Assembly: GCA_964626845.1 (NCBI GenBank)
Contig: CAZVGR010000014.1
Location: 12,570 to 76,569 of the forward strand
DNA length: 64,000 nucleotides
Direction: 5' to 3'
Origin: an uncultured Anaerolinea sp.
GTDB taxonomy: Bacteria; Chloroflexota; Anaerolineae; JAAEKA01
Below the pieces are notes generated by a model, which worked only from the letters and a program-made list of their open reading frames with translations, was not told where the DNA came from and made no database searches. Made by a program: the position numbers and the translations under genes. Each line of letters opens with the position of its first letter. Position 1 is the first letter of the stretch. Shown here piece by piece: positions 1-8,643 of the stretch.

Positions 1-239
1 TCGATGGTGCCGCAGGATGTCCTTGGATGGGTCGAAGAGGGATTTGATCAGCATGGTGGGTGGTCCGGGGAGGGTTGGTGGGAACTGATGGGCGTTTGGA
101 GGAACTCAAGAAACTCGGATCACGACGGCAAGCTCAACGGCTTTTTGACAATGCCTACATCGGAGTGCGTCAGGAAATCGTAATCATCACATTAATCGTA
201 ACATATTTCGGCTAATCATAACATTCTGGCAGGCTTTGG

Positions 240-905
240 CTAAGCGCAATACCGGCTAGTTCTACCGGAGCCGATCAACTTAGCTTGACCTGTTTCGACC
301 AGCGCATTCAGGTCGCGAAATGCCGTCATATGGCTTACGCCAAAAAGCTCCTGATACTCTCGATTGGTCAGCTCCCGACCCTCGTTCACCATCAACGCCA
401 ACGCCTGCACCTGTCGCTCGTTGAGGCCCAGCGTCCGCAGGTCGGTGACGCCCGCTTCAGGGATCAGATCCAGAATATTGTCGCCCGGACCCGGGAAGGT
501 GACGCGGAAGGTCTGGCCGATCTGCTGGAAGATCGGTTCCGGCAGGCCGTGCGCTCGCATCAGTTGGCGCATGCGCAGGATCCCGGTGTTCCAGCGCTCG
601 ATATAGCGGATGTTGAACAGCAGCTCGGCGATGACGCGGTTGCGCAGCGCGTATTCCTCACCCAGCGTATCCAGGGTCAGCGGCGCAGGCAGCCGTCCGG
701 GGCTCTGCACCTCGATACGATCGGCAAAGATAGAGACGCGCACCTCCACGTCCTCGCGATCGTAGTCGCGATGCGCCACGGCATTGGCAATCGCCTCGCG
801 CACCGCTGCGTAGGGATACTCGGTGATCTCGCGGCGCTCGAAGCCGGTCACCTTGGCCGCCACCCGGGTGTTACGCAGCACGAAGCGCTCGGCCTCGTCG
901 ATCAT
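240..905 (-). CDS. RecG-like putative transcriptional regulator fragment (HATPase_c_4-like + C-terminal HTH); lacks the usual AlbA_2 N-domain
   Basis: ORF 240..1067. Conserved part starts at internal Met (MIDEAERF) at 905; the upstream ORF extension looks non-coding. Motifs typical of 'ATP-dependent DNA helicase RecG C-terminal' regulators. Confidence 0.55.
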   Translation of the reverse strand: MIDEAERFVLRNTRVAAKVTGFERREITEYPYAAVREAIANAVAHRDYDREDVEVRVSIFADRIEVQSPGRLPAPLTLDTLGEEYALRNRVIAELLFNIRYIERWNTGILRMRQLMRAHGLPEPIFQQIGQTFRVTFPGPGDNILDLIPEAGVTDLRTLGLNERQVQALALMVNEGRELTNREYQELFGVSHMTAFRDLNALVETGQAKLIGSGRTSRYCA

Positions 906-1457
906 CTCCGGCAGCGTATTGGGCAAGGAATTGAGTGCGCGCGAACAACGGCGCCAAAAAAGCATCGCTGCCCGGCGCGAAGAAAGCGCTCGGCCACCAG
1001 CCGAACTGCTCCCGTTCGCCCAGGTATCCAACGGTGATGCGCAAGGTTGCCAAGAGACTGAGATCAAGAGTGTCCACGCTGCATTTCCTCAGGACAAAGA
1101 GACCGATCGTTGCACTCCTACCTGGCGCAGCGGTTAAGGCTGGGAGATACGTCGCACGGATGGGGCCGGGAGGCCGCAGCCGGCGCAGGCGATGAGGCAG
1201 ACGATGACACGAGGCCTATCCCTCCGTGATCTGCTCCATCCCGTCTGGGGTGGCACGGCGGCCGCTGCAAGCGTCACGTCTTGTGAAGGGATGCCGTGCA
1301 GCGGGATCGACACGGCAATCATAGCAGAAGATCGTTGTTTGTACAATGATCTGGATCAGGTTTTTGGCGCTTCCTGTCAGAAACTTCGGAACCGGGTTCC
1401 GGAACCAGACTCCGGCGCCGGAACCCGATTCCGCGCGCGCCCACCGCGATACATTGG

Positions 1458-1488
1458 TTTCGCAGCCTGGTTTCCGCGTGGTATAATG
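1458..1488 (+). promoter_or_regulatory. Sigma-70-like promoter TTCGCA-17bp-TGGTATAAT; ATG at 1497, so transcript is leaderless or nearly so
   Basis: Extended -10 'tggtataat' at 1480-1488. -35-like 'ttcgca' lies 17 bp upstream. Start codon 8 nt after the -10; no SD. Confidence 0.4.
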
Positions 1489-1496
1489 CCATTCCC

Positions 1497-2375
1497 ATGT
1501 CTTCCATGTCGATCCTTACCGCCTCCGCCTGGCAGGATTACGCCCTTTTGGACAGCGGTGACGGCCGCAAGCTAGAGCGCTTTGGACCAGTGACCTTGAT
1601 CCGGCCAGAGGCGCAGGCTGTGTGGGCGCCGGCTCTGCCGCGGGCTGACTGGGACTCGGCTCACGCAGTCTTCGATCTGAAGGACGAGTCGGGCGGCCGC
1701 TGGCGCCAACGCCGCGCCGCGCCGCGCCGTTGGGAGATGCACTACGGCGCGCTCCATTTCTGGGCGCAAGCCAGCCAATCGCGCCAGGTAGGCGTCTTCC
1801 CCGAGAACGCAGTTCACTGGGAGTGGACCGCTCTGCAGGTGAGGCGCGCCGCGCGCCCCCTGCGCGTGCTCAACCTCTTTGGCTACACCGGCCTGGCCAC
1901 GCTGGCCGCCGCCGAGGCTGGAGCCAGCGTTACCCATGTGGACGCGTCCAAGAAGGCGGTGGTCTGGGCGCGCGACAACCAGACGCTGTCCGGCTTGCAA
2001 GATCGCCCCATTCGTTGGATCGTCGAAGATGCGTTGACCTATCTGCGCCGCGAGGCGCGGCGCGGCGTGCGCTACGATGGCCTGGTGCTCGACCCGCCAG
2101 CCTTCGGCCGCGGCCCCGGCGGCGAGGTGTGGACCTTTCAACGCCTTTTTGACGAGCTGTGCCAGGCCTGCCGCGCCGTGCTAAGCCCTTCGCCCCGTTT
2201 CGTCGTCGCCACAATTTACACCAAGGGCGTCACAGAGCAATCCCTGCACGCAGCCATCGGCGGCATGGTGGGCGGCCTGTCTGGCCAGAGCGAAATCGGC
2301 AAGATGGCCACTGTGGAACGCAGCGCCGGCCGCGTCCTGCACAACGCCCTGTACGCGCGCTGGCAGGCAGACTGA
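1497..2375 (+). CDS. Class I SAM-dependent (rRNA) methyltransferase, RlmI/RlmK-like
   Basis: 292 aa. Rossmann-type methyltransferase motifs (LNLFGYTGLATLAAA; DPPAFGRG). Confidence 0.7.
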   Translation: MSSMSILTASAWQDYALLDSGDGRKLERFGPVTLIRPEAQAVWAPALPRADWDSAHAVFDLKDESGGRWRQRRAAPRRWEMHYGALHFWAQASQSRQVGVFPENAVHWEWTALQVRRAARPLRVLNLFGYTGLATLAAAEAGASVTHVDASKKAVVWARDNQTLSGLQDRPIRWIVEDALTYLRREARRGVRYDGLVLDPPAFGRGPGGEVWTFQRLFDELCQACRAVLSPSPRFVVATIYTKGVTEQSLHAAIGGMVGGLSGQSEIGKMATVERSAGRVLHNALYARWQAD

Positions 2376-2426
2376 AGTCTTGCTGCGCTCTGAACCAACT
2401 CAACCAACCAACAAATCTCACCTCCT

Positions 2427-3815
2427 ATGCACGTGCAACCTATCCACATTGACCCCGCCGTTCTCCAGGCCGACCCCGAACGACGCCAACGTATCCTGCC
2501 GGTGCTTGAGGCGGCGTTGCACGCCGTCGCGCCCGGGCCCGCCGTTCGCCGCGCGCTGCAGCGCACAGGCAGCCGGCTGGCCGTCGGCGCCGCTGTCCAT
2601 GACTTGAGCCAGTTCGAGCACATCTATCTGCTGGGCATCGGCAAAGCGGCTGTGGCTATGGGCCTGGCAGCGGCGGACACGCTGGGCGAATGGCTGACAG
2701 CCGGCGCGCTGCTGACCAAACACGGCCACGCGGCCGGCGCTGAGGCGCTGCCAGCCAGCGTCGCCGTCTTGGAGGCAGGCCATCCCGTGCCCGACGCGGC
2801 CGGCGTCCAGGCAGCCCAAGGCATCGCCATGTTAATGCAGCAGACCACAGCGCATGACCTGGTGCTGTGCCTGGTCTCTGGCGGCGGCTCGGCCCTGCTG
2901 ACCCTGCCGGCCCGCGGGCTGAATCTGAGCGACCTGCAAGCCACCACCGAGGCGCTGCTGCACTGCGGCGCTGCTATCGACGAGATCAACACGCTGCGCA
3001 AGCACCTGGAACAGCTCAAAGGGGGGCAACTGGCGCGGCTGGCCAGTCCCGCCGCGCTGGAGAGTCTGGTGCTTTCTGACGTGGTCGGCAGCCCGCTCGA
3101 CGTGATTGCCTCTGGCCCGACGATGCCCGACCACTCCACCTGGAACGAGGCGTGGCAGATCGTGCAGCGCTATGCTCTGGAGACAACACTGCCAGACGCT
3201 GTGGTGCAGCGCCTGCGCGCTGGGCTGAGCGGCGATCTGCCCGACACACCCAAGCCAGGCGATCCGGCCTTCGCTCGCAGCCAGACCATCGTCGTGGCCG
3301 ACAATGCCCTGGCTGTGCAGGCTGCTCAGGCCGCGGCCCGCCAGCAGGGCTTCAACCCGCTGACGCTGACAACTTTCATCGAGGGCGAGGCGCGCGAGGT
3401 GGCCAGGATGGCCGTGGCTTTGGGCCGCGAGGTGGTCGCGCATGGCCAGCCTGTTGCACCGCCGGCCTGTCTCCTGTTGGGCGGCGAAACCACTGTTACC
3501 GTGCGCGGCCCAGGCCGCGGTGGGCGCAATCAGGAGCTGGCGCTGGCGGCTGCGCTGGAGCTGGCGCGCGTGCCGGAAGGAGAACGCATGGTCCTCGCCG
3601 CTCTGGCTACTGACGGCGGCGATGGTCCAACCGATGCGGCCGGCGGGCTGGCAGACGCCAGCGCTGTCGCGCGCGGCCATGCCCTGGGCCTGGACGCAGC
3701 CGAGTTCCTGGCCCGCAACGACGCCTACCCTTTTCTGCAGAGCGTTGGCGACCTGCTGCATACCGGTCCCACTCAGACCAACGTTAACGACCTGATCGCC
3801 GTCTTTGTGTTTTGA
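2427..3815 (+). CDS. Glycerate kinase (MOFRL/DUF4147 family)
   Basis: 462 aa. LCLVSGGGSALL and GGETTVTVRG..GRGGRNQE motifs typical of the MOFRL glycerate 2-kinase family. Confidence 0.8.
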   Translation: MHVQPIHIDPAVLQADPERRQRILPVLEAALHAVAPGPAVRRALQRTGSRLAVGAAVHDLSQFEHIYLLGIGKAAVAMGLAAADTLGEWLTAGALLTKHGHAAGAEALPASVAVLEAGHPVPDAAGVQAAQGIAMLMQQTTAHDLVLCLVSGGGSALLTLPARGLNLSDLQATTEALLHCGAAIDEINTLRKHLEQLKGGQLARLASPAALESLVLSDVVGSPLDVIASGPTMPDHSTWNEAWQIVQRYALETTLPDAVVQRLRAGLSGDLPDTPKPGDPAFARSQTIVVADNALAVQAAQAAARQQGFNPLTLTTFIEGEAREVARMAVALGREVVAHGQPVAPPACLLLGGETTVTVRGPGRGGRNQELALAAALELARVPEGERMVLAALATDGGDGPTDAAGGLADASAVARGHALGLDAAEFLARNDAYPFLQSVGDLLHTGPTQTNVNDLIAVFVF

Positions 3816-3824
3816 GCCAGCCCT

Positions 3825-4763
3825 ATGTCCAGTGAAGCCGGATCACCTACTATTGCAGAGCGACTCGAAGCAAGGTTTGCGCAAGCTGACAGCGCCAGCC
3901 GCGGGTGGCTGGGCGTGCTGCGCCGCACAATTGATCGCTTCACCGCAACGCGCGGCCCGCAGGCGGCTGCGGCTCTGTCCTACTACAGCTTGTTCTCTTT
4001 GTTTCCCCTTGCCGTCTTACTGATCACTGCGCTGGGCTTTTTGATTGATCCAGAGGCTGCCCGGCAGTTGACCGGTGTCGTGATACAGCGCATTCTGCCC
4101 GATGCTGAGGGTATCGAGGAGTTTGTGTTCGACGTCCTGGACAGCATCTTCGCCTCTCGCGGCCAGGTGACGCTGATCAGCCTGGTAGCGTTGCTTTGGG
4201 CTGCATCTGGCGTTTTCACCAACCTGACCTTCAACATCGACCTGGCTTGGTCTGAGAATGGCCGGCCGAATCTGTTCACAGCGCGCTTGATAGGCCTGTT
4301 GATGGTGGTGGTGGTCTATGTGGGATTGATCGTTCTCCTGCTGTCGTCAGCCACGCTGGGTATGCTGTCCATGCTGCCAGTGGCTTTGATGCGCTGGTTG
4401 GGCTTCAGCGGCCAGATCGCGCAGGTGTGGAGCGTGCGCTCGATTCCTCTTATCATCTCGGTGATTGTTTTCTTTGGGCTGTATAAGTGGGTGCCCCGCG
4501 TGCAGGTGCCTTGGCGCATTGCCCTGGGCGGCGCGCTGTTTGCTGCCCTGGCGACTCAGGTGCTGAATCTGGGCTTCACCTGGTATCTGAGCAGCGGTCT
4601 GGCGCGTTATGAGCGTCTTTATGGCCCGCTTACCACCATCATCGTCTTGCTATTCTGGTTCTACCTGACGGTCCTGATTATCTTGATCGGCGCACATTTT
4701 TGTGCAGCGATGACGCATCGGCGCAAAATCCGAGCTGAGGCGCGCGTGCTGCCCACGACGTAA
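3825..4763 (+). CDS. YihY/BrkB family membrane protein
   Basis: 312 aa, multi-TM. N-terminal LSYYSLFSLFPL motif typical of YihY/virulence factor BrkB. Confidence 0.8.
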   Translation: MSSEAGSPTIAERLEARFAQADSASRGWLGVLRRTIDRFTATRGPQAAAALSYYSLFSLFPLAVLLITALGFLIDPEAARQLTGVVIQRILPDAEGIEEFVFDVLDSIFASRGQVTLISLVALLWAASGVFTNLTFNIDLAWSENGRPNLFTARLIGLLMVVVVYVGLIVLLLSSATLGMLSMLPVALMRWLGFSGQIAQVWSVRSIPLIISVIVFFGLYKWVPRVQVPWRIALGGALFAALATQVLNLGFTWYLSSGLARYERLYGPLTTIIVLLFWFYLTVLIILIGAHFCAAMTHRRKIRAEARVLPTT

Positions 4764-4809
4764 CGCGCGCCTGTTGAGCTTCCCCCGGACGCTGCCAACC
4801 GCTGATGAC

Positions 4810-5475
4810 CTACTCTGTGACGGTGATCAGCGGCTTGATCTTCTCCAGCGTGGCAGGCCCGATTCCCCTGACCTTAACGATATCTTCAACCGAGGCAAAA
4901 GGGCCATTAGCCGTGCGATAATCGATGATGGCCTGGGCCGTAACTGGCCCGATGGACGGCAATGCCTCTAGCTCCTGGGCGCTGGCCGTATTGATGTTGA
5001 TCAGAGAGGCGTTGCCCAACTCCAGGCCAACGCTGCGCACAGCAACGGCTGGATCAGGGGCGGAGGCTGCAGCCGCAGGCCGGACGGTCGGGGCCACAAA
5101 TTTCTCCCCATCCTGCAAAGGCTGGGCCAGGTTGAGCGCGTTTTGGTCGGCGTTTGACGCCAGCCCACCGGCCGCAGCAATCGCATCGCCCACGCGCGCG
5201 CCGGCTGGCAAGACATAGACACCCGGCCGCTGCACTGCGCCATCTACATCGACCTGAATGGGTGCAGGGGTTGGCGTGGGCGCCGGGGTAGCAGTAGCTG
5301 GCGGCGGCTGAATTGCAAAAGCCACCGGTTGCGGCTGCCGCCAGGCCAGTGCTGCGCCGCCGGCCACAACCAGCCAGACCAACGAGGTCAGCAGCACCGC
5401 CAGCAGGATGGGCCGGCCGCCGGGTTCAGTCACAGATCCTTCAGCTTTGCTCTCCGCTCGTGGTTCTTGTCCCAT
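4810..5475 (-). CDS. comEA: ComEA family DNA-binding protein (SLBB + helix-hairpin-helix)
   Basis: 221 aa. N-terminal TM, Pro/Thr linker, and C-terminal 'NINTASAQELEALPSIGPVTAQAIIDYR...' HhH motif. Confidence 0.8.
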   Translation of the reverse strand: MGQEPRAESKAEGSVTEPGGRPILLAVLLTSLVWLVVAGGAALAWRQPQPVAFAIQPPPATATPAPTPTPAPIQVDVDGAVQRPGVYVLPAGARVGDAIAAAGGLASNADQNALNLAQPLQDGEKFVAPTVRPAAAASAPDPAVAVRSVGLELGNASLININTASAQELEALPSIGPVTAQAIIDYRTANGPFASVEDIVKVRGIGPATLEKIKPLITVTE

Positions 5476-5864
5476 GTTGGCTTTCCCTCCGCTTCCGGGC
5501 TCAGTAGGGCGGTCTCTTGCTGCGCCAGTTGAGTCAGCTCTGCCAGCAGATCAGCCAGTTCATCCTGGCTGGACAGGCGGCCAGCAACCGTTAACACCTG
5601 CTGCTTCTCCTTCAACAGACGCCAGGTTTGGTCGCCGCGAATCAACTCACGCCCATCGGCTGCGCAGATCGCACAGGTAGCTGTGAACCGCCAACGCCCA
5701 CTACGGTCGATCGCCAGACTCCATGCGCCGCGGTTAGGCAGATTGTCCTGGCGCGCTGCCACTTCGCCGGTCAGGTCGCTGGCGTAGGCATCCCAGCCAG
5801 CCTGCAACAACTGCTTACATAGACGAAAAAGGTCCAGCTCGTTGAATGGATCAGGTTGGCTCAT
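5430..5864 (-). CDS. Hypothetical protein
   Basis: ORF 5430..5915. Likely start is the ATG at 5864 preceded by GGGAG. No recognisable family. Confidence 0.4.
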   Translation of the reverse strand: MSQPDPFNELDLFRLCKQLLQAGWDAYASDLTGEVAARQDNLPNRGAWSLAIDRSGRWRFTATCAICAADGRELIRGDQTWRLLKEKQQVLTVAGRLSSQDELADLLAELTQLAQQETALLSPEAEGKPTWDKNHERRAKLKDL

Positions 5865-5951
5865 GAGCATACTCCCTGGGGTTTGGTAGGCGCTCGTTCG
5901 TCCCGATTTGAACAAATGGTAACACGTCCAGATGTAGCTGTCAAGCTTGCG

Positions 5952-7091
5952 CTAGGCACGCCTGCGCGCGCGGCGCCCCTCTGTCTTGCGCTCGCCGCCG
6001 CCGATCTGATAACGGCCAAGCAGCTCGTACCAATCGGTCAGAGGCTGGTCTGGCGGGCCGGGTTGCCAGGCGCGAGCCGCCTCAACCAGGGCATCCAGAC
6101 TGGCGGCGGGCGTGTCCGGCGAGACGCCGCCGCCCACCGAGAGGATCATGCCGCCGCCGGGCGCGCCGCGATCCAGGCAGGCTGTGGCGAACTCGGCCAC
6201 CACCGCGGGCGGCTGGCGCACGGCCACGTGCAGCGGCGGCACGTTGCCCATCAACGCCACCCGATGCCCCATAGCCGCCTTGGCCTGCGCGATATCTACT
6301 TCGTGGGTCCAGTTGAAGACGTCGAAGCCGGCCTCGGCTAGCGCGGGGTAGAGATGCGGGCAGGGCATGTCATTGTGGTAAACCCGCACCAGCCCGTCGA
6401 AGTGGGCAAAAATGCGCTGCAGGCGGGGGGCCACGAACTCCTGGTAATGCTCCAGCGACACCATGCCCACGATGTCGTCCAGCAGCAGGATGCCCTCAGG
6501 GTTGCGCAACAGCTCTAGCTGGGCGTCGAGCCAATCGATCAACGTGGCAGTAATCTTGTCCAGGCAGCGGTGGATCACGTCGGGCTGCTCCACCAGCCCC
6601 ATCATCAAGCTGGTCAGGCCCATGATCCAGCCGGCCGTGACCATCGGCCCGCGCGCGGCCACCATGTGCATGCCCAGCCCCTCGGCCTGCAAACGCGCCT
6701 CGCTGCGTTCGGTCAGGCGCAGCGCCAGCGGCATCAGCCCATCCTCACGCACGTTGGGCAGCGGCGCGGCCGCCCAATGGGCCGCATCTTCGACCACCGG
6801 TTCGATAGAAGGGGGGCGATCGTGGTGCCAGTGCATTCGGCAGCCAAAGGCCGATGGCTCGGTGGCCATGCCGTACTCCACCCAGAAGCCGGGGATCCAG
6901 GCCACATCCGGCCAGCGCTCCAGCAGGCTGCGGTGGATGCCGAACCAGCGCTCAAAGTCCAAAAAATAGTCCAGCGTGTGGACGCCCGCATAGCCTGGCA
7001 GCCACGGGCTGTCGACAATGAAGGCCACCGGCGGCTGGTCGGTCTCTTCCAGCCGCGCCGCCTGCTTGAACCGCTGCCATGCTGTGGTCAT
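5952..7091 (-). CDS. Uroporphyrinogen decarboxylase (URO-D) family protein, paralog 1
   Basis: The ORF extends to 7238, but that part only translates the tandem repeat. Real start is MTTAWQ at 7091 with an AAGGA SD. URO-D-like C-terminal motifs. Confidence 0.7.
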   Translation of the reverse strand: MTTAWQRFKQAARLEETDQPPVAFIVDSPWLPGYAGVHTLDYFLDFERWFGIHRSLLERWPDVAWIPGFWVEYGMATEPSAFGCRMHWHHDRPPSIEPVVEDAAHWAAAPLPNVREDGLMPLALRLTERSEARLQAEGLGMHMVAARGPMVTAGWIMGLTSLMMGLVEQPDVIHRCLDKITATLIDWLDAQLELLRNPEGILLLDDIVGMVSLEHYQEFVAPRLQRIFAHFDGLVRVYHNDMPCPHLYPALAEAGFDVFNWTHEVDIAQAKAAMGHRVALMGNVPPLHVAVRQPPAVVAEFATACLDRGAPGGGMILSVGGGVSPDTPAASLDALVEAARAWQPGPPDQPLTDWYELLGRYQIGGGERKTEGRRARRRA

Positions 7092-7110
7092 GAGGAGTCC
7101 TTTCGGGGAG

Positions 7111-7216
7111 GGGGAGTTGCAAGTTGCAGGTGGCAAGTTGCAGGTGGCAAGTTGCAGGTGGCAAGTTGCAGGTTGCAGGTGGCAAGTTGCAAGTTGCAGG
7201 TGGCAAGTTGCAGGTA
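7111..7216. repeat. Tandem ~14-bp (two heptamer) repeat (GCAAGTTGCAGGTG)n
   Basis: About 7.5 direct units visible in sequence. Confidence 0.9.
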
Positions 7217-7242
7217 GATGCATAAACAGCACAGACAAACGC

Positions 7243-7382
7243 CCTTGTCTACTTGCCTACTTGCCTACTTGCCTACTTGCCTACTTGTCTACTTGTCTAC
7301 TTGCCTACTTGCCTACTTGTCTACTTGCCTACTTGCCTACTTGCCTACTTGCCTACTTGCCTACTTGCCTACTTGCCTACTG
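7243..7382. repeat. Tandem octamer repeat (CTACTTGC/CTACTTGT) x17; reverse complement of the GGCAAGTAG family
   Basis: Direct inspection. Partially complementary to the 7111-7216 array. Confidence 0.9.
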
Positions 7383-7417
7383 ATCTGCCCTCCCAGTGTA
7401 CGCTATGACAATGGCGA

Positions 7418-7446
7418 TTGACAAATCATCTATCGTCCATTATAAT
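7418..7446 (+). promoter_or_regulatory. Consensus sigma-70 promoter TTGACA-17bp-TATAAT upstream of the LacI-family gene
   Basis: 'ttgaca' 7418-7423 and 'tataat' 7441-7446 with exact 17-bp spacing. Confidence 0.55.
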
Positions 7447-7450
7447 CTTT

Positions 7451-7467
7451 GTTAGCGTTAACGAAAC
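7451..7467 (+). promoter_or_regulatory. Candidate operator (palindromic core CGTTAACG) overlapping the predicted transcription start
   Basis: 'gttagcgttaacgaaac' sits immediately downstream of the -10. CG-centred palindrome typical of LacI-family sites. Confidence 0.3.
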
Positions 7468-7499
7468 CCCTCAATGCTGTCGCAATGGAGCGACTCCTC

Positions 7500-8501
7500 A
7501 TGAGTGTTCGCACCACCATGGCTGATGTAGCCCGCGAGAGCGGCGTCTCCCTGATGACCGTCTCACGCGTAATCAACGGCAAGACCGACGTCAGCGAAGA
7601 TACCCGCCAGCGCGTGCTGGAGGTAATCGACCGGCTGAACTACCGGCCCAGCGGCATTGCGCGCAGCCTGGCCACCCGCCGGACGGGTACGCTGGGTCTG
7701 GTGGTGCCTGATATCTCCAATCCCTTTTTTGCCGATGTCGCCCGCGGCGTGGCCGCAGCAGCCTACCGCGAGGACTACACCGTCTTTCTTTGCAGCAGCG
7801 AAGAAGATGGGCAGCGCGAGCTGGACCTGCTCCATTCGTTAGAAGAGAAGCGCATCGATGGCCTGATCCTGTGCAGCTCGCGCCTGGCTGACGACCAGTT
7901 GGCGGCCACGCTGGCCCGCTTTCCCTCGGCGGTGCTGGTCAATCGCAGCTCACGCGATCCCCAGTTCGGAACCGTACTCGCTGACGATGAGGCCGGCGCC
8001 CGCATGTTGATGACGCATCTGCTGCGCAGCGGACGCCGCCAGATCGGTTTCCTGGCCGGACCCCCCATGTCCCACAGCGGTTTGGCCCGCATGCGCGGCT
8101 ACCAGACAGCCCTGACTGTGGCAGACCAGCGCTGTGAAGCTGCGCTGATGGAGCCATGTGCGCCGGTGGTGAAAGGCGGCGTCGAAGCAGCTCTGACGCT
8201 GTTGGCCGCACAGCCCCAGATCGATGCCTTGTTCTGCTACAACGACCTGGTGGCTGTCGGCGCGCTGCAAGCCTGCGCCCGGCTGGGACGGCGCGTGCCT
8301 GACGACGTGGCCGTGACCGGTTTCGATGACGTCCCCCTGGCCGCGCTGGTAACGCCGGCGCTGACCACCTGTCGCGTGCCCCGCCACGAGTTGGGCGTTC
8401 AGGCCACGCAGCGGCTGCTAACGCAGATCGATAGCCGGCCCAACAGATGCTGCGAGACGGTCGTGCCGGTTGCCATGGTTGTCCGGGCCAGCGCACCTTA
8501 G
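7500..8501 (+). CDS. LacI family transcriptional regulator
   Basis: N-terminal HTH (MADVARESGVSLMTVSRVING) and periplasmic-binding-like sugar domain. Start taken at ATG 7500 with a GGAG SD; ORF begins at 7449. Confidence 0.85.
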   Translation: MSVRTTMADVARESGVSLMTVSRVINGKTDVSEDTRQRVLEVIDRLNYRPSGIARSLATRRTGTLGLVVPDISNPFFADVARGVAAAAYREDYTVFLCSSEEDGQRELDLLHSLEEKRIDGLILCSSRLADDQLAATLARFPSAVLVNRSSRDPQFGTVLADDEAGARMLMTHLLRSGRRQIGFLAGPPMSHSGLARMRGYQTALTVADQRCEAALMEPCAPVVKGGVEAALTLLAAQPQIDALFCYNDLVAVGALQACARLGRRVPDDVAVTGFDDVPLAALVTPALTTCRVPRHELGVQATQRLLTQIDSRPNRCCETVVPVAMVVRASAP

Positions 8502-8643
8502 CGCAAGCGATCAAGGAGGAGAAGAAAGGAGGTGCTGTCGCCCATTTGTCTGCTGCCCATCGATCCACGGCGCAACGACGCCCGTGATGCGGACCCTATG
8601 CCGGTTCCCTGTTGCCCCAAAGATGTCGCTTAGGAGGTTCTCT

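Noticed and set aside
1-54. Possible minus-strand gene start (MLIKSLFDPSKDILRHHR...) running off the left edge
   Set aside because: Only 18 codons are visible, with no SD and no recognisable motif. It cannot be supported from the window.
240-1067. Full 275-aa ORF as the RecG-like regulator
   Set aside because: The first 54 codons are Ser/Ala/Arg-rich with no similarity to the family. The conserved region starts at the internal Met (905), so the upstream part is probably non-coding.
1068-1457. Small RNA or tRNA in the 430-bp gap upstream of the methyltransferase
   Set aside because: No cloverleaf-compatible segment or conserved structure was discernible. It contains only GGAACC-type short repeats.
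7092-7238. N-terminal extension of the URO-D ORF translating to 'ATCHLQ...' repeats; similar extensions at 13342-13377, 24358-24417 and 30716-30811
   Set aside because: These extensions are simply translations of intergenic tandem heptamer arrays. Conserved domains and SD-preceded start codons lie downstream.
7111-7382. Possible CRISPR array
   Set aside because: Units are 7-14 bp with no spacers. There is no cas gene and no repeat-spacer periodicity.
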